Shown here one piece after another: positions 1-14,052 of a DNA stretch of 64,000 nucleotides. The notes under the pieces are model-generated. The model saw only the letters and a program-made list of their open reading frames with translations. It was not told where the DNA came from and searched no databases. The number at the start of each line of letters is the position of its first letter. The stretch's first letter is position 1. This DNA comes from Octopus bimaculoides (Eukaryota). The stretch covers positions 38,075,083 through 38,139,082 of the forward strand of contig NC_068985.1 in assembly GCF_001194135.2 (NCBI RefSeq), in the 5' to 3' direction. A program made the position numbers and the translations under genes.

Positions 1-332
1 CAGCCCGATCGTTTCACATAGTTACATGTTATATCATCAACAATTCCTTAATATGATAGTTCTTCAACTTTGATGATCATTTTGGCAAATATATCTGGCA
101 ACTAAACTACTGGTGTACTTGAAATTATACTCTATGCCAGTTTTTACACACATATATACACACATACCCACACACACACATACATGTGTATGTATGCATG
201 CATGTATGTATGAATTAAAAAAAACAACTTATTCTAACAAGTACGTTTAAGTTGCTAGCTCTTTTGGCAAATATTTCAAACAGTTGAGTATCTACTTGAT
301 GTTGTATCTCTAGACGATTTTGAGAATTTTAA

Positions 333-370
<38 letters not shown>

Positions 371-547
371 NNNNNNNNNNNNNNNNNNNNNNNNNNNNNN
401 NNNNNNNNNNNNNNNNNNNNNNNNNNNNNNNNNNNNNNNNNNNNNNNNNNNNNNNNNNNNNNNNNNNNNNNNNNNNNNNNNNNNNNNNNNNNNNNNNNNN
501 NNNNNNNNNNNNNNNNNNNNNNNNNNNNNNNNNNNNNNNNNNNNNNN

Positions 548-599
<52 letters not shown>

Positions 600-706
600 T
601 GTGTGCGTATGCAGCTATTTATATATTTATAGATATATGTATGCATGCATTTGTGATTGCAGTGGAGATAAAAAATAATTCAGTTCCAATAACATACACT
701 CCCGCA

Positions 707-742
<36 letters not shown>

Positions 743-1360
743 AACACACACAGAGACGCATATACACACATACACACATTCTAGACACACACATACTACA
801 CCCGCACACACAAATGAATAAAAGTTAAACGCTTTGACTAGCAAATACTTTCTCTGGCTCTCCTCTTACGCACGCACACACACACACACACAGATCATAT
901 ATCTATACTATAATATATATCTATACTATAATATATATATAAACGCGCACACAATTATGTATATATACATATACAACCACATGTACAACCACATACATGC
1001 ACAACCACATATACATACAAGCGCGTACACATATACTTATAATGAAATGTATATGCAGGTGGGGGTAATGTATTATGACAGGTGTACTTTGAAAGTGAAG
1101 TAAAATCATTATCGCAGTAGCGATTGTGACTTGTTAAAATGTTCCTTTCCTGAACAAACCTTTTAGCAAGGAACCGCATAATTGTGAAGGAACCGTAAAA
1201 TCAACTGAAGTCAACGTTGATTCTGACTAACGTGTATTTTATCGATGGTAGATTGACGAGTGCAATATTTATACCCCTTTCTTCTGTACGTTTCTAATGC
1301 ATAGACAACCTTTAAAGTTCAGCTTATTTTTAAACGTTATCAATATTTTGGCGTGTTGTT

Positions 1361-2049
1361 AAGGTTGCGATTTGGCAGAACCGTTAGCACGCCGGGTAAA
1401 ATGCTTTGCGGCATTTCGTCCGTCTTTACGTTCTGAGTTCAAATTCTGCCGAGGTTGATGTTGCCTTTCATCTTTTCAGAGTCGATAAAGCGATTACCAT
1501 TTGCACATTGGAGTCGATGTAATCGGTTTCCTCAACCACGAAATTGCTGACCTTGTGCCAAGATTTGAAAGCATTATTAAAATAAATACCAGTTGAACAC
1601 TGGGGGGTCGATGTAATCGACTCCCAATCTCCTCCAAAATTGCAATCCGTATGGCAAAATTTGAAACCGTTATCATTATAATTAAGGTGGCGAGTTGGCA
1701 GAATCGTTAGCGTGCTGGACGAAATGCCTAGTGCTATTTCGCTCGTCGCTACGTTCCGAGTTCGAATTCTGCTGAGGTCGACTTTACCTTTCATCCTTTT
1801 GGGGTCGATAAAATAAGTACCATTTGAACACTGGGTTGATGTAATTGACTTATCCTCTCTTCAAAAATTGCTGCCCTTGTGGCAAAATTTGAAGCCATTA
1901 TTAATATTATTATAATCTTGTTTCTAATCAAGGTACAAGGCCTTAAAATTTTAGGGGAGGGGGCCAGTCGACTGGTACTTAGTTTATCGATGAAAGGCAA
2001 AGTGGACCTCGGCGGAATTTGAACTCAGAAAGTAACGGCAAACGAAATA
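1361..2049. mobile_element. Cluster of family B SINEs (~210 bp, Meta-domain-like core): + 1361-1578, + partial 1579-1683, + 1684-1902, - 1915-2049
   Basis: Repeated GGCGAGCTGGCAGAATCGTTAG...GAGTTCAAATTC...GTCGACTTTGCCTTTCATCCTTT.GGGGTCGATAAAATAAGTACCA. The core resembles the MetaSINE/Sauria-type central domain from memory. Boundaries are approximate. Confidence 0.85.
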
Positions 2050-4023
2050 ATTGATTCAGTAATGTAGGGGTATTTTGAAACGTAGGTGTCCTATGTGCAT
2101 CACTGTTCATAGCGGTTTATTATCAAATTGGCAAACAACGCATCATGAGATGATTCGTTTACTAAATTCTTTGCTCTTGTCCACAATTCTTGCCTCCGTG
2201 GGTAGCGTTTCCCGAAGAGATGCAATGATGTTGAAACAGCAAAGGCGCAAATAATTCTTACTTCACTGAATCTCAGTAATTGCAGCATGATTACTATTTA
2301 AAGTCTTAACAGAAGGAAGCTTGGGTGTAAAAAAAAAAAAAGGAAATGAAATACCTAAATAATTAAAGTAAATTTACTGCCGCTTCCTCACTCACAATTT
2401 ATGAATTATTGAATTTTATCTTCATTTAAAAAAAAAAAAAAACTTTGTTTAGAGGCTAGGATTATTTCCGATTCAGTATGTAGATGGCGGTACATTCAGT
2501 TTTAGGGTTTGAATCAAATATAAAGTAATGACGAGACTTATAAATATATAAACAGTGCTTAAATAAGGAGCNNNNNNNNNNNNNNNNNNNNNNNNNNNNN
2601 NNNNNNNNNNNNNNNNNNNNNNNNNNNNNNNNNNNNNNNNNNNNNNNNNNNNNNNNNNNNNNNNNNNNNNNNNNNNNNNNNNNNNNNNNNNNNNNNNNNN
2701 NNNNNNNNNNNNNNNNNNNNNNNNNNNNNNNNNNNNNNNNNNNNNNNNNNNNNNNNNNNNNNNNNNNNNNNNNNNNNNNNNNNNNNNNNNNNNNNNNNNN
2801 NNNNNNNNNNNNNNNNNNNNNNNNNNNNNNNNNNNNNNNNNNNNNNNNNNNNNNNNNNNNNNNNNNNNNNNNNNNNNNNNNNNNNNNNNNNNNNNNNNNN
2901 NNNNNNNNNNNNNNNNNNNNNNNNNNNNNNNNNNNNNNNNNNNNNNNNNNNNNNNNNNNNNNNNNNNNNNNNNNNNNNNNNNNNNNNNNNNNNNNNNNNN
3001 NNNNNNNNNNNNNNNNNNNNNNNNNNNNNNNNATATATATATATATATATATATATATAACCATTTATATTTGCAATTGCTTTTGTTTCAGCGCACGATC
3101 TCAGATCAAGTCACTCTCTATGCAAGTACATCCCCATCTATATTATATGTGTGTGTTATTTATGAGTGTGTATGAATATATATGTATGTGCAACTATAAT
3201 GCCTCACTTGCTCTGTGCGTCCGTGTATACATACTTACACAGACAAACACACACGCATATTAATACATACCCAACTTTACGTATTCAATCTCGATTGCTT
3301 TGTAATCCCCGTACATGTGTGGGCGTTTATATGTGTATAATAGGTTTTTCTGTGTATATTGCATCCTTGCATCATGCAGTATACTTTCATTAAAGTTTCA
3401 TGATTTCAGAAGAGGTTTTCTGTTTTCCCAGGTGCAAGCTCTTCTCATTTAAAAGATGTATTAATAATGGTGAAAAGCTAGACTAAACCAGATTTTGGGC
3501 TAATGATAAAATGTAAGCTCGATTCACCCCTCTGTAGGTTAAACAAAATCAGCTCCCGTTCTAGATATATGTGTGTATGTGTGTGAGTACTCTGACAGAA
3601 TCTATTTTATTTTTTATTTTTGTATGGTTTAATTGGAGTGAAGAGACAGCCCTTGATTTCTACATGTCGAAAATACTGACATTAACACGTTTAATGTTCA
3701 GTTTGCATACATGAAGTAAGTCAACATTTACTGGAAAAGTAGGTATGAGATAAGGAATGCTACAGTGTTGACATAATGAGAAAAACGGATTTGAGCATAC
3801 TGGTTAGTGTGATGTATGGGAATGAGGCACCTTGATGGGTGTGGACGAGGGAAAGGTGTATCAAGTTTGCCTATGGTAGAGGTGACATGGAAATAGCTAA
3901 TTCTGGTGAATAACGGACGCATTTGAACAATATGTACTAAGAGAAGCTCGAAGTGTTTGTCTGTGGATAAGAAGTTGTAATGTATGTTTCTTATTCTGTC
4001 GGGTGATCTTCCCTTAAATGCTA

Positions 4024-4054
<31 letters not shown>

Positions 4055-7000
4055 AGCAGCAATGTTATCCCAGGTATAGAATCAATATTCTTTTGTGGGT
4101 TTGATCGAAATTTTTTGAGGATCTGTAACTTGTCAGAGCTGGAAGTAATTTTCTGCACCAGAGGAAGAAAGTTAATCTTTGGAATGCAGCCTTTCCTATA
4201 TATGTATATATGTGGTTACACCGGGGTGTCTATCTGAGTTTATGAATTTTTGTATATGTTTTTTACTTTAAATTTCTTAATTTCGGGTTGCCGAAGAATA
4301 ATTAAGGGTGAAGTACAACAAACTACAATGAAGAGTTTTAAGTTACTATTGTGAAATCCTTTTAATTTCTTCTCAAGCAAAAGAAAAACTGAATCTTTCC
4401 TTCAGCTAGTTTGGCACAAACACCTGACTTAAAGAGGCATTTGTCGCATATGATAACCTAATGGCCATTGATAAATATAAAAAAATAAAGAACAAAAAAA
4501 GCAAATAGAAATAGAAACTATAAATAGTTTCACTTGTGCTGGTTCTTCGACGCAACAGCCAAGCTTCTGGGATATTAATAATAAGGTTGTTCCCATTACA
4601 AGGTAACATCTTCGAACTCAAAATATCACTAACACACACATCCGATCAATAAATGGTGTCACAAGAACAGAATCGGAAAGAATGGAGTTAAGTTGTCAAA
4701 CACGTCCGTGAATGCAATGGTTGATGATCATAATGATAAAAGAGGAAGAGTTGTGACCGAGAAAGCGATGGCGGTGATTGGGGTGGTGGCAGTGGCTGTT
4801 ATTATGATAATGATCATGATCATGATCATGACCATGGTGATCGTGTTAATAATATCATGGGAGAACAACATGATGAATATGATTATTACAATGTTCCTCA
4901 TGATCATAGCGCCAAACACAAATTGTCCCACGATTTAAAAAATAAGATAAAATACTGCTGGACTTGTGATAAGGTTATATAAACTATTTAAACAGTCGGG
5001 AAATTTTAAACACTAATGGCTGTCTCCAATCGAGAACTAATAAAATAAAAAAAAATCTAGCATTCAAATACCCATTTGTTGGCTTGACATCAACTTTATT
5101 GTACATTTTTTTTTTTTACTGTTTGTCTGGTTCTTTTCTTTTTCTTATTTGTTAAGGAAGTGGGTGGGGAAGCTGTCAAATATTTTAACTCTCTTAAATT
5201 CTGGACTGTGGAAATGTTTTGTTCGGTTTTGATTTCTTCTTTTGTTATTAAAAGTTGACGCTTAAATAAATCGCTAGCACGAAGCAAATTTCAGAGAAAA
5301 AATAATGTATACATTTGCAGTTGGGGAGTTAAAGAAAATTTTCTGTCATTGCGAGACTTGTAAATAATTGTCTGGCTTATCACAACGAAAAAACACATCT
5401 TTTTTTTTTTTGCAATCTCTTCAGAGTAAACTTATGAAATAAAAATGCTGTATGAATTTCTTAAAAGCTTGAAATTTTTTCTTAATAGTAGATAGGGTAT
5501 GAGATGATAATCATTATATTTTTACGTCCGAGGCTCTACTTATTAAGACCTGGTGGAGAAGAAAAGTGTTAGCAAAAGAGAATCCAAGCCTTGTTCTTCT
5601 AGAAGTGCTGGGAAATCTTGTTTCATTGATTTGTTTCAGTAACGAAGACATTGGAGTTTCGAATGTTACATTGTGTGTTTCGTTGAAGATATGAAATTGC
5701 GCAGAGCACTTGAAAATTCTTTTCAAATTTGTTCAGTTCTTTTTCATCCGATCTAAGCTCTTATTAAAGGCGCCAGCTGGCATATTTTCAGAGACACGTA
5801 ATTAAAGAAACAACACAGTAATATAGTCCCGTTCAGTAAGATAATGCCCAATGCATTATAAAAGAAAAAGAGAGAGAAGCAGCGAAAACAAGCATAACAG
5901 ACTTCCTTGACATGTCTTTAATAGGAAAGCAACGAAACACGTTTACCTGCTTCTCCTTTTCGTCTACTCTTAATTAAAATTCTTAACCAACGCAAAAATT
6001 ACAGATAAGATTTAGATGAATAATCCATTTTAAGGAATTCTTCAAATCAAGGGTAAAAAGGAATGAAATATTTCAGAAGGAAAAAAAGTAAAATTGTTTA
6101 GAATCGAATTTAATTTCTTTGCTTCAATGCAGGAAAATATTTTTTGTTGGTGAAGGAGTTGTTTGCATCAGAAAAATGCGAATAAATAAATATATAAATA
6201 TTTGGGGACAATGGAATATCAGAGGGAAGAGAATTAACACAGAAAGTCAGCAAAGCGGACAATTGCAGCAACTTGTGAAATAATTAATTCTCACTTAAAT
6301 TTCGAAGTTTAACCTGGAAGTAGCAAAAGAAAGTAGAAAGTTACACTGTCTTGTGCAAAATATTTGTGTGCGTGTGTGTTTCATAGTGGTGGGGTTTTAA
6401 ATAACATCTTAAAATATTCGTTTGTGTGTGCGTGTATACATACGTACACTCAGATAAATGATTATACATTAATACATCCAGCCTTACTCATATTTACAAG
6501 ACAAATATATAAACATGCACATGTGTGTGTGCATCCGTGCCCGTGTATGTATGTGTGTGTGTAATACGGTTACTTTTTGCCATTTCTGTCAGTTCTCTTC
6601 CCAGGGTTTAGTGGAAAACATTATATATATATATATCACATTTAATCGAAAATAAGAAAGTTAATACGAAACAGAATCAAACTTGACTGGGTAACATTAT
6701 ATTCTACTGTAAAAAAACAGAAAAGATAAGCTGATACAACGCAATATGGGTTTTAGATATAAAATGTGTATAGTGCTGGCGGTGCACTATATTCGAGATC
6801 TCATTGTATTTGTGTAAATACCGAAAATATATTGCCTCTGACTTAAAATTGCACAATTATTTTGAGTTTATTACAGCTATTGCTTAAGTTCAGTTTCTAG
6901 AAATCCAACCTTCTTTTGTTTGTTGTTATTTTGAATCAGCCCAGCTTTGAGTAAGCAGGCCTATGGTCAGTGGCATTCACCTCTGATTAACCCATCTATT

Positions 7001-7327
7001 TTTCAGGCATAGTGTGATATCCTGCTCTGCATTATCTAATGTACTTGTTTTATTTTTTGAAGACGAGCTGCTATTTTAGCAGATCATTTAAAACATGTTA
7101 AAACTCAGAAGACGGCATCCTTCTGTACAGGGCACCAGTCTACCTCAACCATCAAGATGTTGTGGAATGTAGACAGAAAAAGGCAAATTAATGTGACAAA
7201 CGCTGCATATTCGAATTTAAAACACGTGAATGAATTTCATCTATTGATATATTATATAAAAGAATATTTTGTATGTCTACATGTTTGTACGAACCTACAA
7301 AAACTCATTTTACTGTTTTCCTTACAG

Positions 7328-7491
7328 GATATTTAACACCGACAAAAACGAGAGAATAAAAATAATGGAAGACGAGAGCCGTTTGAAATTGTCGCAAGTG
7401 ACTGCGTCTGAAAATGGAGTCTACTCATGTCGTGCAGAAAATATTGCAGGCGCCAGAGATTCGAAGAAGAAATTTTTATTGAATGTTGAAG
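7328..7491 (+). CDS. PTK7: Internal coding exon (164 nt, phase 2 to phase 1): C-terminal half of an I-set Ig domain, PTK7/off-track-like Ig2
   Basis: Pyrimidine-rich acceptor ttttccttacAG (7326-7327) and donor G|GTAAAA (7492). Translation (R)IFNTDKNERIKIMEDESRLKLSQVTASENGVYSCRAENIAGARDSKKKFLLNVE has the Ig E-strand LxL and F-strand (D/N)xGxYxC motifs. The ending YSCxAxNxxG...FLLNV resembles vertebrate PTK7 Ig2 as I recall it (SGLYSCCAHSAFGQACSSQNFTLSI). The Ig exon is secure; the gene symbol is a recalled-similarity inference. Confidence 0.8.
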
Positions 7492-7750
7492 GTAAAAGAT
7501 CTTCACTGTTTTATTGTTTCGGAAATAATTTTTACTTCAATAGTTAATATAATTGAAAAGAAAATTCATACCGCATTTTGAACTGGTTCAAAGAAAGGTG
7601 TAAAATAAACAACATCAATTTACTAAAATGAATTTAATCTAAATTCAATACTACTTCACTGGATACCTATGACTATGACAACATTCACTACGAGTTACAC
7701 CAATGTATGACATTTTGCAATTACTGAGGTATATAGTGCCCCTTTACTAA

Positions 7751-8161
7751 AATATTGGTTTCAAATTTTGGTGCAAGGTTAGAAATTTCGGGGAAGAGGC
7801 AAAGTCGATTAGATTAACGTCAGTGTTCAACTGGTACTTATTTTATTCACCACGAAAGGGTAAAAGGCGAAGTCGATCACGACGGAATTTGAACTCGGGA
7901 CGTAAAGACGGGCGAAATGCTGCTAAGCATTTTGTCCGACGTGCTAACTATTTTCTACTCTAGGTACAAGGCCCGAAATTTTGGGGGAGGAGGCCAGTTG
8001 ATTAGATTGACCCCAGTGCGCAATTGGTAATTAATTTATCGATCCCGAAAGGATGAAAGGCGAAGTCGACCTCGGCGGAATTTAAACTCAGAACGTAAAG
8101 GCAGGCGAAATACCGCTAAGCATTTCGCCCGACGTACTAACTATTCTGCCAGCTCGCAACC
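7751..8161 (-). mobile_element. Two tandem family B SINEs (7751-7955, 7956-8161)
   Basis: Reverse-complement matches to the family B core (ACTGGTACTTATTTTAT..., GGATGAAAGGCGAAGTCGACCTCGGCGGAATTT). Confidence 0.88.
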
Positions 8162-8185
8162 CCACTTTACAAATATGCTGAAGAT

Positions 8186-8646
8186 GTTGGCACTCCGTCG
8201 CTTACGACGTCGAGGGTTCCAGTTGATCCGATCAACGGAACAGCCTGCTCGTGAAATTAACGTGCAAGTGGCTGAGCACTCCACAGACNNNNNNNNNNNN
8301 NNNNNNNNNNNNNNNNNNNNNNNNNNNNNNNNNNNNNNNNNNNNNNNNNNNNNNNNNNNNNNNNAGACACGTGTACTCTTAACGTAGTTCTCGGGGATAT
8401 TCAGCGTGACACAGTGTGACAAGGCTGACCCTTTGAATTACAGGCACAACAGAAACAGGAAGTAAGAGTGAGAGAAAGTTGTGGTGAAAGAGTACAGCAG
8501 GGTTTGCCACCATCCCCTGCCGGAGCCACGTGGAGCTTTAGGTGTTTTCGCTCAATAAACACTCACAACGCCCGGTCTGGGAATCGAAACCGCGATCCCA
8601 TGACCGCGAGTCCGCTGCCCTAACCACTAGGCCATTGCACCTCCAC
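8186..8646 (-). mobile_element. tRNA-derived SINE, family A (contains a 76-N gap)
   Basis: Reverse complement of the 11215 and 54902 copies, with Pol III A/B boxes at the 8646 end. 11-bp TSD ATGCTGAAGAT (8175-85) / ATGTTGAAGAT (8647-57). Confidence 0.9.
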
Positions 8647-8820
8647 ATGTTGAAGATACACAATATTAAACTCCATTGGAAGATTTGACAAACATTATTG
8701 ACAATGAAAATAGAGTAGATTAGATGGTACTAACCGATTATATGTTTTGCAGTATCTAGTAGTTAATTTTTTGGTCATTCGATTTTGTATGGTTTTTAGA
8801 TTATTTTTTATTTTACTTTT

Positions 8821-9026
8821 AAGGCACAAGCTGGCAGAATCGTTAGCGTATTTGGCAAATTTGCTTAGCGGCATTCCTTCCAGGTCTTTACATACTAAGT
8901 TCAAATTCCGCCAGAGTTGATTTTGCCTCTACTCTTTTTTGGGTCGATAAAATACCAATTAAGTACTGGTGTCCACGTAGTCAACTAATCCTTTACCACC
9001 AAATTGCTAGCTTTCTATCAAAATTA
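8821..9026 (+). mobile_element. Family B SINE, diverged
   Basis: AAGGCACAAGCTGGCAGAATCGTTAGC...AGTTCAAATTCCGCC...GGGTCGATAAAATACC. Confidence 0.8.
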
Positions 9027-9081
9027 CTTATTTTCCTTTACCTTTTATTCCCGAATTCCAAAATTACACACGCAAACGCAC

Positions 9082-9116
<35 letters not shown>

Positions 9117-9126
9117 NNNNNNNNNN

Positions 9127-9171
<45 letters not shown>

Positions 9172-10867
9172 TGTGTGTGTGCGTGTTTAAAATTGGTATC
9201 TTAACACAGTGCATGATTATCATAAAGCTTAATGCTACCAGCATACAGATACTAACATCATTAATTGAAACATTATTGATTGTCCACTTCAACGATATGC
9301 GAAACACTGACCATTGCAATGGAATATGGCTGTCGTATTAGAATAACTCAAGGGCAGGTATAATTAAGTTAACTATACCTCTGCCCTATGAATAACAGAC
9401 CATGTGTTTAAGAAGGAAATCATATTAAGATGACTCACCTTCAGTTCCATGCTGTCTTTAACTGACTTGAGTCAGGGAAACGTTAGTAATCTGACGAAAA
9501 AAGTTTTCTTCACTAACTGTTTCCAGATTTTAGCCTAGCATTGTGCTGCTTCGCCAATTTGCCACTTTCACCCTGGCCGTCCACCTACCGTTTTACATTC
9601 AATCTCCATTCGCACATTCTCGATGCATTCTCTAATCTTTGTCTCAGGAGCCTGTCTCTGTGTTCACATCCTTCATCAAAACTTACATAAAGTCCTGCAT
9701 TCAACCGAATTAATTACCATGGTTTCATGCTGTGTATTTAAGCATCAGAGTTTTAGTTTTTTTCATCCATATCTCTGTATGTTATCCATGTTATGGGCAA
9801 CATCATCCTCGTGTAAAAAAAATTGATTAAACAATGACGACAAAAATTCTGTGATGTAGAAAATATGTTTATACTCAGTGTATCGGTTTCCCAAAGCCAA
9901 CATTTTCATAATTCAAAAAAAAAAAAGAAAAAAAAAAGAATAATTACAGAATCTAGTGCGATAAGCTATTTAGGAAGTCGTGAAGTTTGTTTGCCTTTGA
10001 TAAACTATATGCCTATATACTAAGCTATATTTTTCAGTACAGCCGAAACTAATACATACTTGACTCTTTGTATATCTTACTATGATATAACCTAAAGTTA
10101 TAATGCATACATGCATTTACACACATACAAACGCATACACACGCTCACAGACATTTATATGTGTGTGTGTGTAGGTAGACGGATGCACATTTGTCCATCT
10201 TGTCGTTCATACTTTCTAACCAATCAGATTTCAGAGGAAAACCCTATCAGGCATTCAATCGATGATTGAGTTTCCCCCAGCTTCTTACGGCAATGCAGCC
10301 TACCAAAGGGATTTCCTTCTTTCTTCAAAAGACCAATTAGAATCTATTCTGTTTGCTTGAGTGCTTTTCAATTACGTTCCTCAAACAAACCCAACACACT
10401 CACCGTCGTTAACATTAATGTCATTTCGACATTGCGTGTGTATATGCGTAGAGGGTGGGGTGTGTATACATATATATTTGTGTGTGTGTGTGTGTAATGT
10501 GCGTTTGTGTGCTTCGATCTAGTGCTTTGATACGTCTTGTCGCTTCATTCGTGTACTTCTAATTTTTTGACTGGAGTAATAAAGATTTTCTTCATAAACT
10601 ATATTCATATACATACACATACACGCGTGTAAACTTTTACCATGCATATATACATACAGACAGACAAATATACATACACATACACGCATGTAAATTTTCA
10701 TATATAGAAATATAGAAATATACAAATACATACACATACACGCATGTAAACTTTTACCATACTTATATACATACAGACAGACAAAGAGAGATGAAGATAT
10801 ATACGTAAATATACATATATAGATGAGTATATATGTACATATTTATCTATCTCTCCCTCTAGCTTTT

Positions 10868-10914
<47 letters not shown>

Positions 10915-11214
10915 ATACATACATACGCGAATATATGAATATATATGCGAATGTAAATGAATATACGCATATATACATGCGTATGTAAATGAATGTATGC
11001 ATGTGAGCAATTATCTGCATCGGTTTCAGCTTCAAGGTGTATTTCAATTAAATCTAGAATAAATAAGTACTGTACCTTTACAGAAACATTTGGACATACC
11101 ATAGCTTACACCAACACATACATGTAGGAAATACGTACATATAAGCAGATTAAAAGTTTCAGAGAGAGAGAGAGAGAGAGAGAGAGTTTAAATGCATTAT
11201 ATGTACTTTGACAA

Positions 11215-11620
11215 GTGGAGGCGCAAATGGCCTGGCCCAGTGGCTAGGGCAGCGGACTCGCGGTCATAGGATCGCGGTTTCGATTCCCAGACCGGGCGTT
11301 GTGAGTGTTTATTGAGCGAAAACACCCAAAGCTCCACGATGCTCCGGCAGGGGATGGTGATGAACCCTGCTGTACTCTTTCACCACAACTTTCTCTCACT
11401 CTTACTCCCTGTTTCTGTTGTGTCTGTAATTCAAAGGGTCAGACTTGTCACACGGTGTCACGCTGAATGTCCCCGAGAACTACGCTAAGGGTACATGTGT
11501 CTGTGGAGTGCTCAGCCACTTGCACGTTAATTTCACGAGCAGGCTGTTCCGTTGATCGGATCAACTGGAACCCTCGACGTCGTAAGCGACGGAGTGCCAA
11601 GCACCACCACCACCACCACC
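11215..11620 (+). mobile_element. tRNA-derived SINE, family A
   Basis: A box TGGCCCAGTGG and B box GGTTTCGATTCC. The ~390-bp body is near-identical to 54902-55294. Ends in a (CAC)n tail. Confidence 0.9.
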
Positions 11621-12081
11621 CTTCTCCTTATAAACATTTTACTAAAGTCAATAGTACCTATTAAAATATACAGGTACAAACACAACACAACACACGCGCA
11701 CACAGGCATGTGCGCACGCTTACACATTTACGTCTGAAGTAGAACTGCTGTTGGCAGATTAAACTATTAACGTGATTTGTGATACGGGAGTTAATTTACT
11801 TTGAAAGTAACGTAAGACATTTTAACGTCGAATAAAGGAATCCGTCTGAAGATTTACAACTGACTAAAAGCAAAACAGTTAAAAAAACAAATTTAGTTTC
11901 ATAGAAAATCATTAACATCAGCGCATTCAGATTTATTCTAGTAATGGTATATTTTTCATGCAAAACACATGACGGAAAGTTTTGTATGCAGAAGCTATTT
12001 ACTTGTCCACAAGAAAATTGTATACAACTGCGTCCTCGAGGTATGTTTGTTCATCTGTATGGATGTCTGGTTGCAAGTTCT

Positions 12082-12143
<62 letters not shown>

Positions 12144-14052
12144 NNNNNNNNNNNNNNNNNNNNNNNNNNNNNNNNNNNNNNNNNNNNNNNNNNNNNNNNN
12201 NNNNNNNNNNNNNNNNNNNNNNNNNNNNNNNNNNNNNNNNNNNNNNNNNNNNNNNNNNNNNNNNNNNNNNNNNNNNNNNNNNNNNNNNNNNNNNNNNNNN
12301 NNNNNNNNNNNNNNNNNNNNNNNNNNNNNNNNNNNNNNNNNNNNNNNNNNNNNNNNNNNNNNNNNNNNNNNNNNNNNNNNNNNNNNNNNNNNNNNNNNNN
12401 NNNNNNNNNNNNNNNNNNNNNNNNNNNNNNNNNNNNNNNNNNNNNNNNNNNNNNNNNNNNNNNNNNNNNNNNNNNNNNNNNNNNNNNNNNNNNNNNNNNN
12501 NNNNNNNNNNNNNNNNNNNNNNNNNNNNNNNNNNNNNNNNNNNNNNNNNNNNNNNNNNNNNNNNNNNNNNNNNNNNNNNNNNNNNNNNNNNNNNNNNNNN
12601 NNNNNNNGAAAGTCACGTTACGTGTCGAATGGTATACATCAAGTCTTGATGGATGCACATGGGTCTCTCTCCCGAACCTTTGACTTCTGACAATTTTATT
12701 GTAATTCTTCAATGAAACGAAAGTTCTTTGATACATAAAACTGATTACTTACACACGACCTTCAATAACATCTATCTACAATACAATGTGGGAAAAAGTT
12801 TTATTTAATAGATATATGAATTGTGCAAAAGCAAAACAATAAGTCTTCTACTGGACTGAGTATTAGATTAGCCGCATGTAAACCATTAAATAAAACATTC
12901 AAAAGAAGGAAGAAATTATTTTAAATTTATGAAAAGCAAAACCTAATCGAATGAAAAACTTATTCTGATCATAGAATCGTTTATTCCCAACAGATATTTT
13001 GTAATCGATAGTTCGATAGACAATAAATATATTTATTTTAAAATAAAAGAACTTGATATGAAAATACAGTTTCTTTTTCTTTTCATGAAAGAGTTTAAAA
13101 TAAAGAACGAGGTCATTAATGTTCGAGCTTTCTGATTCCTCTTTTAATACTATTTTGAAATAAAATGAAAGATAAGGAAGCTGACATCGCAGAAATTTAG
13201 AAAAGACCTTTACATTTTGGGCGAAAAAGCTTGTCTTCAGAAGAATACAGCCAAAGAAATTTGCATTTACATAAATTCTACATATTTCTTTGTCTGAATT
13301 CTTCTGAAAATAGGCCTTTATTTCCTAAATTTAAAGGTTCTTTTTAGAAAACATTCTGCATTGTTAGAAGCTTTCTTGTTTATCATTTCATTTATTATTC
13401 TACTTCTGTACCACAATGCTTCAAGCGAATTACAACGCTCTTCATCCTATTTTTAAATATCGTGATATTGATTTTAAACATTAGCACAGGGCTGCATATA
13501 TTCCTTGAGAATTTTGTTGAGAGTTTCATTGGGTCTTTATTTCTATCGACCCCCCCAAAAGATGAAACTCAAACCTGCCCAAGGCAAGATTTTGAACACA
13601 GTAGTAACTAAATGTCGCAGGCCAATATGTCCAATACTCTTATGACTCTACTCTAAGAAATAACGCCATACTGAATTCTAGCATTTGCACAAATCCTCGG
13701 ATTTTGGGGGAGTGCCTAATCAGTCTAATAAGTCACAATACGTCACTGATATATATGTTTACCAATCCCAAAATGATGGAAAGAATATTCGACCGTACAA
13801 GAAATTTTATCCGGAAATCTAATAATTCTATCATTCACCACATGAAACAAATGTGACATGTCGTGGGCAAATCTACATCAAATCTCACCTCGCTATCATA
13901 AAAATAAAGAGGATAATATAGTCTTAAACGTAAACGCAAATAGAATGACCACAAGTTGGTATATCTTTGCTCATAGGTCTGCTAGAGCAGAGCTGACCTG
14001 GAACGAAATACCAATAAAACTATGCCTGAAACACTGAGATCTGCATTAAATA

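Noticed and set aside
899-945. Tandem ATCTATACTATAATAT resembling a Helitron 5' end
   Set aside because: No hairpin plus CTRR 3' end or Rep/helicase remnant could be tied to it, and it lies in low-complexity DNA.
11215-11290. tRNA-like sequences at SINE heads (also about 8575-8646, 54902-54975, 43590-43662 and 30950-31022)
   Set aside because: They have A/B boxes but continue into repeated SINE bodies with tails and TSDs, so they are not standalone tRNA genes.
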